Assembly (NCBI RefSeq): GCF_006345805.1 | Contig: NC_043000.1 | Location: forward strand, 90,334,001-90,398,000 | Direction of reading: 5' to 3' | Source: Octopus sinensis | Lineage: Eukaryota | Length of the DNA stretch: 64,000 nt | Part shown: one piece after another, positions 25,245-38,203 of the stretch | How the letters are laid out: the number at the start of each line of letters is the position of its first letter | How positions within the stretch are numbered: the stretch's first letter is position 1 | The notes under the pieces: model-generated | Databases searched by the model: none | Seen by the model: the letters and a program-made list of their open reading frames with translations, nothing else | Told to the model about the DNA's origin: nothing | Made by a program: the position numbers and the translations under genes

Positions 25245-25495
25245 ACATACATGTCTATTGAGAAATCTACAGATACTCTATCCAGATTACAAGTTCAGGT
25301 TTATACCTGTAATTATTGGTGCCCTGGGATATGTAACACACTGCTTAAATACTAATCTTGAGAAATTAGGCTTCTCAAAACCAGAAAGGAGAAAGCTAAT
25401 TCGAAGGTCAAATCCATCAATGGAACTGTAAAAATCTGTAAAACTTTCCAGAAGTTTATCATTTAAATATATATGAGCATGTCTAGATATGCAAC
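25245..25495 (+). mobile_element. REL-endonuclease non-LTR retrotransposon 3' fragment embedded in (CATA)n
   Basis: LLRNLQILYPDYKFRFIPVIIGALGYV...GTVKICKTF, with the IPVxIGALG motif typical of R2/R4/NeSL-type C-termini; (CATA)n on both sides. Confidence 0.7.
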
Positions 25496-26045
25496 TATAT
25501 GCATGAGAATACATACATAAAGCAAAACATACAAATCTGCACATATACATACATACATAAAACAAACATACAAATCTATACATATACACACATACATACA
25601 TACATACATACATACATACATACATACATACATACATACATACATACATACATACAAACAAAAATGCCCTGTTGTTGATGTTGAAATTCCAATGAAGGAA
25701 CCTTGGATCTAGGTTAGAAATCGGTTCTTTCTCTATTGGCAAGAAATCTTGAAATAAACTGAATAATGGCATACATACATACATAAAGCAAACATACAAA
25801 TCTATACATATACATACATACATTCCTACATACATACATACATACATACATACATACATACATACATACATACATACATACATACATACACACATGCATA
25901 CGTACATACATACACACATACACACATACATACATACATAGTAGATACATACGTACATGCATACATACATACATACATACATACACACATACATACATAC
26001 ATACATACATACACACACACATACATACATAAGCATGCATATATA
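25496..26045. repeat. Complex (CATA)n microsatellite region with internal duplicated sub-blocks
   Basis: Seen directly. Confidence 0.9.
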
Positions 26046-26061
26046 CTTGCATAAGTACAAA

Positions 26062-26352
26062 TATGGCCGGGCGTTCCATCGGTTACGATGACAAGTGTTC
26101 CAGTTAATCCGATCAATGGCACAACCGACTCGTGAAATTAACGTGTAAATCGCTGAGCAGTCCACAGACACACGTGGCCTTAACTCAGTTCTCGGAGATA
26201 TTCAGCGTGATACAGGATGTGACAAGGCTGACCCTTTTGAATTACAGGTATTACTCATTTTTGCCAGTTCAGTGGTCTGCAGCAACGTGAAATAAAGTGT
26301 CTTGCTCAAGGACACAACACGCCGCCGGGAATCGAACTCCCGACCTTGCCGT
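26062..26352 (-). mobile_element. SINE family C (tail type 2)
   Basis: Same body as 63150-63480; head partly lost. Confidence 0.75.
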
Positions 26353-26585
26353 GAGTCCGATACTTAATGTACATACATCGATGACAGTCAAATTACTGCG
26401 GTATTCAAAGGAGATAACGTCTCTGATGGACGTGCTGTGTTTAGAAACACTATATAGCGGAAGGAGACGAAAAATCTTTCCAGCAGCAGATCTCTCGAAC
26501 GAAAACCTCGAAAACTTGCCTTTCAATGATATATAAGCATTAAGGATGATGCGTAGATGGCTATTTTTATTTAATACTGCTTCAT

Positions 26586-26716
<131 letters not shown>

Positions 26717-26758
26717 AATAAACGGAGTTAAACGCAGGTGTTATTCAAATTCTTTTAC

Positions 26759-26843
26759 TTCCGACACATGTTTCGAAGATATTACTGGTATTATTCCAAA
26801 GAAATAAAATGGTGTAAAACAATGTAATCTTTTTTTCAGGGAA
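26759..26843 (-). ncRNA. Hammerhead-ribozyme-like motif, long stem II, decayed core
   Basis: ttcc-CTGAAAAAAA-gattac...gtaatatcttc-GAAAC-atgt-GTC-ggaa; stem I ttcc/ggaa, GUC triplet, G8 lost in an A run. Confidence 0.5.
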
Positions 26844-27238
26844 ATGAAGAAATGAAACTCGCCAATAAGACATTTTAACAGAAAATGATGGATATGTATA
26901 GTAATTAACTGAACGCTATTAAGTTTGTTTCAAAAAAACGTTATAGGATATAACGTCAAAGGTAGCCTATATATATATATATATATAAGTTAAATTTAAC
27001 TATTAAAAAATTAAGGATATAACGTCAAAGTTAACTTATATATATATAACAGTTAAATTTAAATTTAAAAAATTAAGCTTTAGAAAGGAGGCATTAGAAT
27101 GCGTTGCATCTGATGTCATTACATTGTTCTCCGTCCACTCGGGAGCAGTACGATTGCTGTTCTAATAAAGCTTCTAGTTATAATTCTTCCGTATCAATCA
27201 TTTAATGTGTGTGTGTGTGTGTGTACATACGTACTTAC

Positions 27239-28696
27239 CACAAATATAAACAAATGAAAACAATTCTACGCAAGACAGGTTCTTTGATGATGTACAACAT
27301 GCCGGGAAGTTGGCAACGCGATCTCACTGCCGTCTCTGTGAGCTGTTTGTGAGCACGTGAAGGTTTCTCCCGCTGCTGTTCGGATATAATTGTGTTTATT
27401 GGCATCAATTCAGTGATTGCAGCAATTTCTGACACCCCCGCTTCAATTTCTGGTAGACGGCCATTACATTTCACAAAGTTGTTTTCGTTATAAATATTAC
27501 GATCGACTTGTAACGCTTCTTGAGATACTGACGAATCGTTGTAAGTACCTAGATTGTCGTCTGTTTCATTACTAGCATTTATATGTCGATCATTGTCATG
27601 GATACTATTAGGCAATGTTTTATTAATACTAGGCATACTTTCAGTACGTATTCCCAGGTCTTCGTTCTGAATATGTATATGAGAAGTCATTACTGCACTT
27701 AATGTTCTTTTTAAAACGATATCATTCTTATCCGGTATCTGTTGGAATGTATCTAGGTCGGCGTTTATATATTCTGCTTTTGTTGAATACATTTCATCAA
27801 AGTTTACATTTGTATTTACTATGTCTGTTAGTATGTTATTAGTTTGTTGTAATTCAACCTTTCCAATGTCTTCATTGATGTCATGTATATCTTGCAGACT
27901 AGTGTTCTTGGCGATATTATTCGCTTTTGTTGGGTTTGTCCGTTTGGAAAGAATATTCATGGCGTCAGTATTGAGTTTTTGTGTTTGTTGGGAGACAGTG
28001 TCTTCGGTTTTGATGTCAAAATTTGTGTCTTGTACATGCTGTGAGGAGCGGGAACTATCGTTTACAACGGCGTCTTTGTCTTCTGCCTGTTTGTGACAAT
28101 TGTTTTCGATGTTAACATTTACATACACTGTCTGGTGGCAGGAAGTAGATTCTGTCAGTTGGAAGTCTCTCTGTTGATGTTTGTCTGTATTTACAACCAA
28201 GCCTTCAAGACAAACGTTTGAACTGTCGACATTTCTGATTTCAGAGTCATCGTTTTTCGCTGTATCGATATTTCTGTCTTCTGTTTGTGCAGAATTAATT
28301 TTCGAAGAGTTGGCATTTATCTGTTTTGCCAGCTGACCAGAAGCACTTGTTATGTGAACATTTTTGTCCTGTATTTTTGGAGAAAAGCTGTTCGATGATT
28401 TGTGAGCACTGTCGACATATTCAGTGTCATTCGTGATTTGGGTAGGTATTTCTCCTGTATAGGCACTTAGAGAAGGTTCAATGGAATTCAGTTTTGCAGA
28501 ATCTACAACATCTCCAATTACATGAGACGAGGTGTCTGAGTGGGAGGCTTCTGATCCCAACGGATCAAAATGGCGATAAACATACGCCACTTGGTCATAG
28601 TCAACATCATTCTTTTTTGCAGCTTTCTTAATCAGACGTTTTGCTTCTGTCCATCTGTCTTTGGCAATTAACCAACGTATAGACTCATCTATAGAC
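27239..28696 (-). CDS. SLC22-like transporter exon 5 (ESIRWL, greatly expanded TM6-TM7 cytoplasmic loop, start of TM7)
   Basis: gttttag|G TCT ATA GAT GAG...TTG TG|gtaagt; 1458 nt stop-free, phase 2 to phase 2; begins (W)SIDESIRWLIAKDRWTEAKRLIKKAA and ends IIKEPVLRRIVFICLYL(W). Confidence 0.88.
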
Positions 28697-29769
28697 CTAA
28701 AACAGTGAGAGGCAAGGGATTATTCTGCAAAAGAATCAAACCGAAGAAGTAGTTTCAAGGTGAAATAATATACTAAAGGTCACTTTAAAAAGATGTCGTT
28801 GGAATTAGTAAGAAAGAAATGCGACAAGTGATAAAAAGTATCACCAAGATGAAATAAAAAAAAGCTTAGAAACAGTCACCGCTGCCACCACCATCACCGC
28901 CACCAACAACAACAGGAACAGGAAACAAATAATAATTAGCTATAATAAAGCTTTCTCATTACATATAATATTGTCAACATGCATTGTGGTTTCCATGTAA
29001 AATGTCTATACTGGGTGGGTGGAAATGTCTTGCTTAAAGGCGGTACTCGTATCAGAGGCAGTATATGAATTCAAATCATTGTTAACAACTCGTGCTTAGT
29101 TTTTTGTCACATAAAATATTGCATGTTAACTCCACTCAGTATTATTAATTGATTTCACAGAAGAGGGGAAATGTTTACGAGATCCTCCCTTCAATAGTGA
29201 AACTGCTACTGTAGCAATGACAAAAAAAAAAAACAAAAACAAAAAAAAAACAAAAAACAAAAACAAAAAACAAAATCGTAACTTAAGATGGGCGATTTCC
29301 CTTGATCGGGATTATGGAGCAAATTGGGATAATCACCCTTAAGCTATAATTTGTTGTCAGCAATTTTGGAATAATTGACTTAGTCACTTGAGGGTGCTTC
29401 TAATAATGTAACTATTGTTTTGTTTCCATTACAACAATAGAGCAGTTACCTTTTCGTCTGCGACTAGCATTTTTCATGATACGCCATGTTTGATCGTAAC
29501 AGTTGCACTGTATTTTGCGTGAGTTCACATTCAATACACTAAGTTACTCTGTTCAAAGATGTCTTCTGCAGTTTAACAACACCAGCATTTTGTGTGTAAA
29601 CATCCCGACATAAAATAAGATTATTTATGAAACGAGATAAACGTTTGAAATTCTTTGCTTCAGTACATGAGCCAGTGGTGTTACTTCGACACGCGGAAGG
29701 CCGATAGTGTCATTTTCTTTCGGCTTTACACCGCATCTCGACGTCTATGAACGATTAACTAGTATCATT

Positions 29770-30110
29770 GGATAACATCCAACACTACTATAGATATTCA
29801 ATTTAAACTTCCATAGTCCGATATATGCATAAGAAAAGATATAAGCATAGAAGGAATTCCAGAGGAAAGCAAGTGATTGAGTGAAGTGTTTAGTCTGGGA
29901 TGTGTGATATGTGATGTAAGAATTAGCCAGGGAGATAAGAGCATGAGACACAGGGTCATCGCGTAAGCTCTGGTGGAGGTGATTTGCAGTTTGGTAATTA
30001 AGTTGAAACGATGCTGTTGCAGTAGCCCTATATAAACACAATTCGATTAATCTAGAAGCCTCATCAACCCTGATCAAACAAATCTATGATAAAAGGCATT
30101 CCAACCATAA
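29770..30110 (-). mobile_element. CR1/L2-group (Crack-like) LINE 3' remnant
   Basis: QTKHFTQSLAFLWNSF...IF...FKLNI resembles RTxHYxxSFxxRTxxLWNxLP...FKxNI termini. Confidence 0.4.
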
Positions 30111-31396
30111 TCATCCCGTCTTTTTGTATATTTGGGGCAGCTTATTTTTAGGATGGTAGGGTATGATTAGAAGGTGTTTCGGCTTCCATTTTAAATAGGG
30201 TAAACGATCACGAGGAAATTCCCTTATTGGTTTAGCCATGTCTGATATTGACCTCAGTGTTTCAGAAATGAAACCCATAATTCCTGAAATTTCTGGAGTA
30301 GGGAGGCACTGAAAATGGATAGCAGACTGGGAAAGTTTTGAATTATTGTTGAAGATAGTTTATTTTTTTTTAATGGCTCTGTTTGTCGGTGAAGATCAAC
30401 ATCATAGCTCTTTCCAGGAGGCCCGATACGTGTGCATATGTGTGTGTGTGTGTGTGTGTGTGTGAGTGTGGTGTGTGTGCATGTATGCGTGTATTTGTAT
30501 GTATATATATATGTGTGTGTGTGTGTATTTATGTGTGCGTACGTGTGTGTGTGCGTGTGTGTGTGTGTATGTGTGTGTGTGTGTGTGTGTGTGTACATGA
30601 ATCTTAGATGGGAGATCCACTCTGGATGCTTATAACAGAGCGGACTCCATTAAAAACACCAAAGAACTATGCGGCAGTGTTAAATTGAGAGACGGATTAA
30701 GTATGTCGCTCAATGTTAAGTCTCACTGCTTTTCACTAACGAAATATTAATCAAATTGCATTAATTAAAAACACTACTGTTAATTACATGCTTGATAAAC
30801 AATAATAATACATAATATCAAAATACATGATCCAGTGAAAGTCATTATTATTGTTTTTGTAGAATCCCATGTCAGAATTGATCAGGCAGACGATGACTGA
30901 AGATATTCTGGTCATGGCCACCATGTCTTTTCAGGCTTGTTTAGTCTCGAGCTACGTTACCCAGAATATCCCCGCTCGATACTTTTCTAAAAGGTGGCGG
31001 AATGCGTGATTTGAGAGAGATTTGATTGCTATGTCTAAACAGGTCGAGCGACCATGTACAGGGCAAAATGTAGGACTCATCTTTGATTTGAGTAGAGAAT
31101 GTTAAGCGTTCTGGTCCACGCCGATGACGAGCGATATACAGTAATAACATGTAAACTATTTAATAACGAACGCCAATCATGAGCACCGCGGCTCCATTAA
31201 GTCTGGACTACCATCAGACAACGTGCTATATCAATAAAGATTATATAACAAAACAACAGCAACAGCTACAAAACAAAATGCGAAGGTAGCGTGAGCAAAA
31301 TTAATTTACAAACATTTTGGGGAATCTTTATGTAATAATTAACGAAAATACACGAATAAATAAAAGACAATATTTTTTTTTCTGGAGAGAACTTAC

Positions 31397-31599
31397 CATA
31401 TCTCAAATAAAGAAGGACAGAAAAATAAAGCGAAAACAGCATGTAATATTCGCCAATTGAAATTTCGGAAAATATATGCTATTGGCGCCATCATCATCAC
31501 GCCAGAAACCCACATCACTCCACCAAGTAGTAGAACATGGGTTCGATTTTCAGTAGGGAAAAGCTCGGCTATCATTATAGTTCCTGGCACATTCATACC
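31397..31599 (-). CDS. SLC22-like transporter exon 4 (TM4-TM6, ELFPT motif)
   Basis: ctcctag|GGT ATG...ATA TG|gtaagt; GMNVPGTIMIAELFPTENRT...NFNWRILHAVFALFFCPSLFEI(W). Confidence 0.93.
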
Positions 31600-32443
31600 C
31601 TAGGAGAAAAGTGTAAAGGAAAAAAAAGATAAGTGATTTACCATATTTGCCGGCGTATAAAATGCACTCACACGTAAGATGTACCCCCATTTTACAAGTA
31701 TATTTCGTAGGAAAAAATAAAGTATGTTTTATCATACACTCATTGAAAAATATTTTAAAACGTTTTTTTAGGGGATACTGTATGATTCGTGCTTGTATAT
31801 ATAATGCTATGAACAGTGTATTGGAATAAAGTCTGGAACCATAAATTTATTATATATAAACTGTTATACGGATAGCGTATTCCAGATTAACCTTCTTTGT
31901 GATAAACTGTGTAGTAGTTTATATTTTAGCCAAGAGAAATTCCAGGCAGGACATAAAGCTCTCATTTTTAGCTATGATGTTGTAGCAGCATTTGCTGAAC
32001 ACCAACACTGGCAGAGCTTTCTGCCTGTCTATCTCCAGAGGCAATGCGCCCGCACTATTCGGAGCTTAAGATGGTAGCTGAGAGCAGCACACTTCACCTT
32101 TCCTGTAAATAAACCAGTTGTAAATAGCAGATGTACTTGAAGTTTTCTCTTCGCCTGCCGAAAGCCTGAACTACATAAAGAACAAGAAGAATGATGGAAA
32201 GGGATGATATTCCTCTGATATCATAAACCTTGCCTTCCGTTATTAAAATATCTTGTTATCGCAATCGTTCACCAGGGTGGTGCACCACCGCTATGATTTT
32301 GTCATCCACTCATTGTAAATAGTTGATAAGCGAATGAAACTTTAACGGTCCTTTTATCTTTCTGGGAGAATTTGCATTTAGTTAATTGGAAGAAAAAATG
32401 CTTCTTAAATGTTGGACAGTCATTAAATAACTTCTAATACATA

Positions 32444-32608
32444 GGCGTAGGAGTGGCTGTGTGGTAAGTAGCTTGCTTACCAACCACATGGCTCCGGGTT
32501 CAGTCCCACTGCGTGGCACCTTGGGCAAGTGTCTTCTACTATAGCCTCGGGCCGACCAAAGCCTTGTGAGTGGATTTGGTAGACGGAAACAGAAAGAAGC
32601 CCGTCGTA

Positions 32609-32700
<92 letters not shown>

Positions 32701-32940
32701 TGTGTGTGTGTGTGTTGTGAATATGTTTGTGTGTCTGTGTTTGTCCTCCCAACATCGCTTGACAACCGATGCTGGTGTGTTTACGTCCCCGTAACTTAGC
32801 GGTTCGGCAAAAACGACCGATAGAATAAGTACTAAGCTTACAAAGAATAAGTCCTGGGGTCGATTTGCTCGACTAAAGGCAGTGCTCCAGTATGGCCACA
32901 GCCAAATAACTGAAACAAGTAAAAAGAGTAAAAAGAGTAT
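32444..32940 (+). mobile_element. SINE family A, full length
   Basis: Head ggcgtaggagtggctgtgtggtaag to tail agtaaaaagagtaaaaagag. Confidence 0.87.
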
Positions 32941-33092
32941 ATGAAGTGTGAGCAATGTATACTGGGGAAGAAGTATAATGAAAAAAAATTACTTTCCAAC
33001 GTAACTGCCGGCGTACAATTAGCAATTTTTCGTTAGGTTGTGCTCCCAGACTACAATATTTTGGATTGTTTTCAATATCTTATAATTAGTTA

Positions 33093-33306
33093 AGGTGGCG
33101 AGCAGGTAGAATCGTTAGCTCGCCGGGCAAAATGCTAAGCGGCATTTCGTTCGTCTTTATGTTCTAAGTTCAAATTCCACCGAGGTCGACTTTACCTTTC
33201 ATCTTTTCCGGATCGATGAAATAAGAACCATTTGTGTTTTAGGGTCGATGTAAGCGACTTAGCCCCATCCCCCGAAGTTACTGGCCTTGTACCAAAATTT
33301 GAGACC
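33093..33306 (+). mobile_element. tRNA-derived SINE family B, full length
   Basis: Head ggtggcgagcaggtagaatcgttagc (A-box-like) and gttcaaattcc (B-box-like). Confidence 0.8.
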
Positions 33307-34314
33307 AAAATTTTATAATTATTAACAATTATTGTGCCTAGAGGACTTTATGCTTATCTACTTCCGTAGCCTATGACACTCGGCTTACGTCTGCAATACA
33401 GCCATAGTAGACGCTGGGCACTTTTTGCGTCTTATACGTCGGCAAACACATCATGTTAAACTATTTTGTATATGTTATACCAATCATAATTTATGTTATA
33501 TATAAATTAGGCCAACCAGAATCTCATTTTTAGTCTGAAATCAGTATTGGTTGAACATTATTAAAGTCTTTCTAGTTATAACCATAATGTCTTTTATGCA
33601 GTTTATCAAAGACTTTATCATCTAACGTTTCTAGACAAGAGTAGTGAAGACAGAACTACCATTTCTAGCAAACAGAGTGATCATAGAGACGTTTCCTCAT
33701 TGTTTCATGTTGCAGGGAAATATTTTTATTCCTAAATTACTAATAGAAAATAGCTGTTGTTTAACACCAGGTCAGCCTGATCGAGCATACTTTTGATTAA
33801 ATACATTCACGCCATGATATTACTGTCTTTTTTTTTCAAGCATAGAGTACACTGGACTATATTATCGAATGCATTCTTTTAAGAAGGTCATGGTGCGTCA
33901 TGGATTTGGGTGCTATTTCTACCAGCTCGAAAAACCACGTGGAGGGTCTCGCGCTGTCTCTGTTTATCATAAATAGGTCGCTATTATTATCTGGTGTACT
34001 ATAAATAGATCACAACTATTAGCTGGTGAGCCATTTGTAGGTCAGTCTTCTAATCGGGGCACCAGAACTAGGACAATATTGTAAACAGTGTACAATAAGT
34101 AGGTTAGTACTTTCAAACAGCCAACTATAACTGCCTTTAGTCTTTTTGTTTCCTTTGTGGTATATTCCCAAGAAGAGCAACATCTTTTGTCCGAGTATCT
34201 ACCACTCTATCTTCCAATATCTGAAAAATGATGGAAACATATGTAAAGAATTACACCCTTTACTATCTCCACTATTTTTCTCTCTTCATTATTTGGTCAT
34301 CAGAACGAAACAGC

Positions 34315-34441
34315 GATTTCTTTCTTACATCACACCCCAGTGATTTATCTCTTACGTCACGCACATGCGATCTTTCACCTCTGTCACATACAAACAATTT
34401 CTCTCCCACGTCACGCACCAACGATTTCTCTCCTACGTCAT
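34315..34441. repeat. 27-bp degenerate minisatellite, about 4.7 units
   Basis: cgatttctttcttacatcacaccccag / tgatttatctcttacgtcacgcacatg / cgatctttcacctctgtcacatacaaa / caatttctctcccacgtcacgcaccaa / cgatttctctcctacgtca. Confidence 0.8.
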
Positions 34442-35006
34442 TTATCAGTGGTTACACTCCAGTGTTACACACCAGTTACCTTTCTTCCTTGAGAACTTTG
34501 TCGGAAACAATTTTGCTGCCTTTGACGTCACCAGCAGACCTTTCAACTCGGTTTAACATGAAAATCTTTTAGTTAAGTTGCCTGTCTAAAGCGCTTATCC
34601 ATTTAATCATCTCTAGAATCGAAAATATCCTACCAATGCACACCATCTCAGTGTGCGCGGGTACGGTCTCTTTCATTCTTTCTCGCTCCTTCTCTCCCCC
34701 CTCTCTCTCCCCTCCTATCAACTTTAGTGTACTTCAGGGTTCGGTTACATCTCACATATTTTTCTGCTGTATATCAAAGACCTATTACCTGTCACTACCA
34801 ACAAAATGCATACATTCTCTTCCACAAATCATGCAACTTTTCCATTTCTCATCAAACTTCTGTAGAAAGGCTCCATCTACATGCAACCTACGCAAGCTTG
34901 CACAGTTTCCATGAAGGGAGTCTTTGAAAACATCCACATATAAAGACACGTCAATACCAAAACAGTTAATGCCAAAAAGTAATCGCTACATATACCGATA
35001 TGAATA

Positions 35007-35161
35007 TGGCTGTGTGGTAAGTAGCTTGCTAACCAACCACATGGTTCCGGGTTCAGTCCCACTGCGTAGCATCTTGGGCAAGTGTCTTCTGCTATAGCCC
35101 CGGGCCGACCAATACCTTGTGAGTGGATTTGGTAGACGGAAACTGAAAGAAGCCTGTCGTA

Positions 35162-35259
<98 letters not shown>

Positions 35260-35473
35260 TTGTGTGTCTGTGTTTGTCCCCCTAGCATTGCTTGACAACC
35301 GATGCTGGTGTGTTTACGTCCCCGTCACTTAGCGGTTCGGCAAAAGAGACCGATAGAATAAGTACTGGGCTTACAAAAAAGAATAAGTCCCGAGGTCGAT
35401 TTGCTCGACTAAAGGTGGTGCTCCAGCATGGCCGCAGTCAAATGACTGAAACAAGTAAAAGAGTAAAAGAGTA
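35007..35473 (+). mobile_element. SINE family A
   Basis: Canonical body with (TA)n(TG)n and tail. Confidence 0.85.
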
Positions 35474-35763
35474 ATATCAAGAGAAAAAAATTCTATTACA
35501 TTCCTCCCTATGTAAAAAAAAAAAAAAAAAAAAAAGAACTAAAACTTTACGATCGTTGCGATTGTCCAGAATCTCTGATGACTCACAGCAGTTTATCATA
35601 TAAAACATCGGCAAAGCTGTATTAAAAGGCTAAGTTTCCTCTTTAAAGCTCGACAACAATTTAGCTCCGATCAGCGGACGAAATGCTGCTGAGCATTTGG
35701 TTCGGCGTGTAAACGTTTCTGCCAGCTGGATGCCTTTAGTAATTATGGAAAAAAAAAAAGATG

Positions 35764-36145
35764 CTTGCTTCCCAACCACATGGTTCCGGGTTCACTCCTA
35801 CTACGTGGCATCTTGGGCAAGTATCTTCTAGTATAGCCTCGGACCGACCAGTCTTGTGAGTGGATTTGGTAGACGGAAACTGAAAGAAGCCAGTCGTATA
35901 TATATATATGTATATATCTTTGGATGTGTATTTTTATGTCTGTGTTTGTCCCCTCATCACCGCTTGACAGCTGGTATTGGTGTGTTTACGACCCTGTAAC
36001 TTAGCGGTTCATCAAGAGACTGAAAGAATAAGTACTATGCTTTTAAAAAGTCCTGGGATCAATTTGTTTGACTAAGACCCTTGAAAGCAGCGCTCCAGCA
36101 TGGCCGCAATCAAATGATTGAAACAAATAAGTGTAAAAAAGAAAA
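35764..36145 (+). mobile_element. SINE family A, older copy
   Basis: cttgcttcccaaccacatggttccggg...cagcatggccgcaatcaaatga. Confidence 0.8.
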
Positions 36146-36293
36146 AAAAAAAGAAAGAAAAGGAATAATTCAAAATGAAACGCTTTTGGGGAATTGTATA
36201 TGAAGGAGTGAAGGAAGAGGTTATGTCCCGTCACTTGATTTTTTTCCACACACCATGCTTGTGCGTTTGTGCTAAATAAATAATAATTCTTAC

Positions 36294-36524
36294 CGGTTGA
36301 AGTAAGCCACAGAGGAAACGGCAGACAAGTAGAAAGGAGTAGTTGGGTGAGACCAATACCATCAAATTGACGAACAGAGATCCAATCCGAGCTCCGACGT
36401 AAACTGGTTTTCTTCCATACTTATCCGCTAAAGATGGGAACAGAGCGGCCCCTATCATCATGCCAACATGAAACACAGTAGTGACTAGTTTACCGAATTC
36501 TTCTTGGTCGCATACCAGATCCCA
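36294..36524 (-). CDS. SLC22-like transporter exon 3 (WDLVC, TM2-TM4, MFS motif A)
   Basis: ttatcag|TGG GAT CTG GTA TGC...CAA CCG|gtaaga; WDLVCDQEEF...LADKYGRKP...RFLCGLLQP. Confidence 0.95.
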
Positions 36525-36594
36525 CTGATAAAACAGAAATTAGTACATATAATAAATGTAAAAAATAGTTATGTGTTGTGTATGTGCATGCATG

Positions 36595-36667
<73 letters not shown>

Positions 36668-36684
36668 GTCTATCTGTCTGTCTA

Positions 36685-36723
<39 letters not shown>

Positions 36724-36745
36724 GTCTGTCTGTCTGTCTGTCTAC
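36595..36745. repeat. (TCTA)n(TCTG)n microsatellite
   Basis: Seen directly. Confidence 0.95.
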
Positions 36746-37061
36746 CTCTTCAGTTGTATACTTTAATACAGTACACTTCACCAGATATTTCAGACTCAGT
36801 GTTTAGATCAACATTTTTATCTTATATCTGTGTTGCGTTGTAATCATATTATCAAAGAAGAGATCTAGATTATAATAAATTATAAACACGGGCCACATAG
36901 TATTTGAATATTAACGAAAACCATTTATTGATATTTCGAATGCATTTAACGTACTTCGCTTGTAATGACTGAAGGGGTAATTCATATGAGTAACAACTTG
37001 TTACATAACCACTTGAAACTTGCGTAGTAAATGCATTCGAAATATCAGTAATTGGTTTTTG

Positions 37062-37063
<2 letters not shown>

Positions 37064-37143
<80 letters not shown>
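37064..37143. repeat. (CA)n microsatellite
   Basis: Seen directly. Confidence 0.95.
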
Positions 37144-37144
<1 letters not shown>

Positions 37145-37277
37145 CTTTATTGATCACACTAACAAATGTCCTTATACATTGCTGGTCGCAATGTGTTCCT
37201 ATCCTTTTCATAGCGCCCTTCTTTTCCATTTCGACTCGAATTGTTTAACTGACAAAATACACACATATATAAATTTC

Positions 37278-37320
37278 TACCTACCTACCTACCTACCTAC
37301 CTACCTACCTACCTACCTAC

Positions 37321-37396
<76 letters not shown>

Positions 37397-37408
37397 TTAT
37401 CTATCTAT
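37278..37408. repeat. (CCTA)n(TCTA)n microsatellite
   Basis: Seen directly. Confidence 0.95.
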
Positions 37409-37736
37409 GTCTTTGTTCATGCAATCAGTACATGTTTAACACGGTCTCTAGATTACCTTGTGCATAAGCTTTGGGAGTAACAAAGATCAGTCATCTTTCT
37501 AATATCTATTATTTAATAAAACAATATGACAATCCATAAAGTAATTCCTTTACGATATAGGTATATTAATTACAAACATAAATACAGGGTTGAGCAAAAT
37601 CCACACACGAAAAAAGTTCTATACACTCCAGAATTATCAAACACAGGCTTTAATTTTTCTAAAATTGAATAAAATAAACAAAATAATGATAATTATACAA
37701 ATATTTGTACAGGATGAACAAAATGAATAATAATCC

Positions 37737-38112
37737 TTTCCACTAAAGGAATAAGACCTGAAATTTTGAGGGAGGGGACTAGTTAATTACATCGCCCCCA
37801 GTGTTTCACTGGTGCTTATTTTATCGACCCCGAAAGGATGAAAGGTAAAGTCGACCTCGGCGGAATTTGAACTCAGAACGTAAAGACGGACGAAATACCT
37901 ATTTCTTTACTACCCACAGAGGTGACAAACAAGGACAGACAAACGGATTAAGTCGATTATATCGACCCCAGTGCGTAACTGGTACTTATTTAATCGACCC
38001 CGAAAGGATGAAAGGCAAAGTCGACCTCGGCGGAATTTGAACTCAGAACGTAACGGCAGACGAAATACCGCAAAGCATCTTGGCCGGCGTGCTAACGGTT
38101 CTGCTAGTTCAT
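37737..38112 (-). mobile_element. SINE family B, tandem dimer
   Basis: Core repeated at about 37830 and 38000. Confidence 0.8.
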
Positions 38113-38203
38113 CAACTTACAAAAAAAAAAAAAAAAAAAAAAGAATAAAAGTAAAATGTTTTGGCCCACCCAATATAATGAAATTTCGACCATAAATTTT
38201 TAC

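Noticed and set aside
26415-26470. CTGATGG...GAAAC as a further hammerhead
   Set aside because: A9 is missing and there is no credible stem II or NUH triplet.
30170-30250. GGCT...AGCC-GAAAC on the minus strand as a hammerhead
   Set aside because: Stem II and GAAAC are present but there is no recognisable CUGANGA core; too decayed to call.
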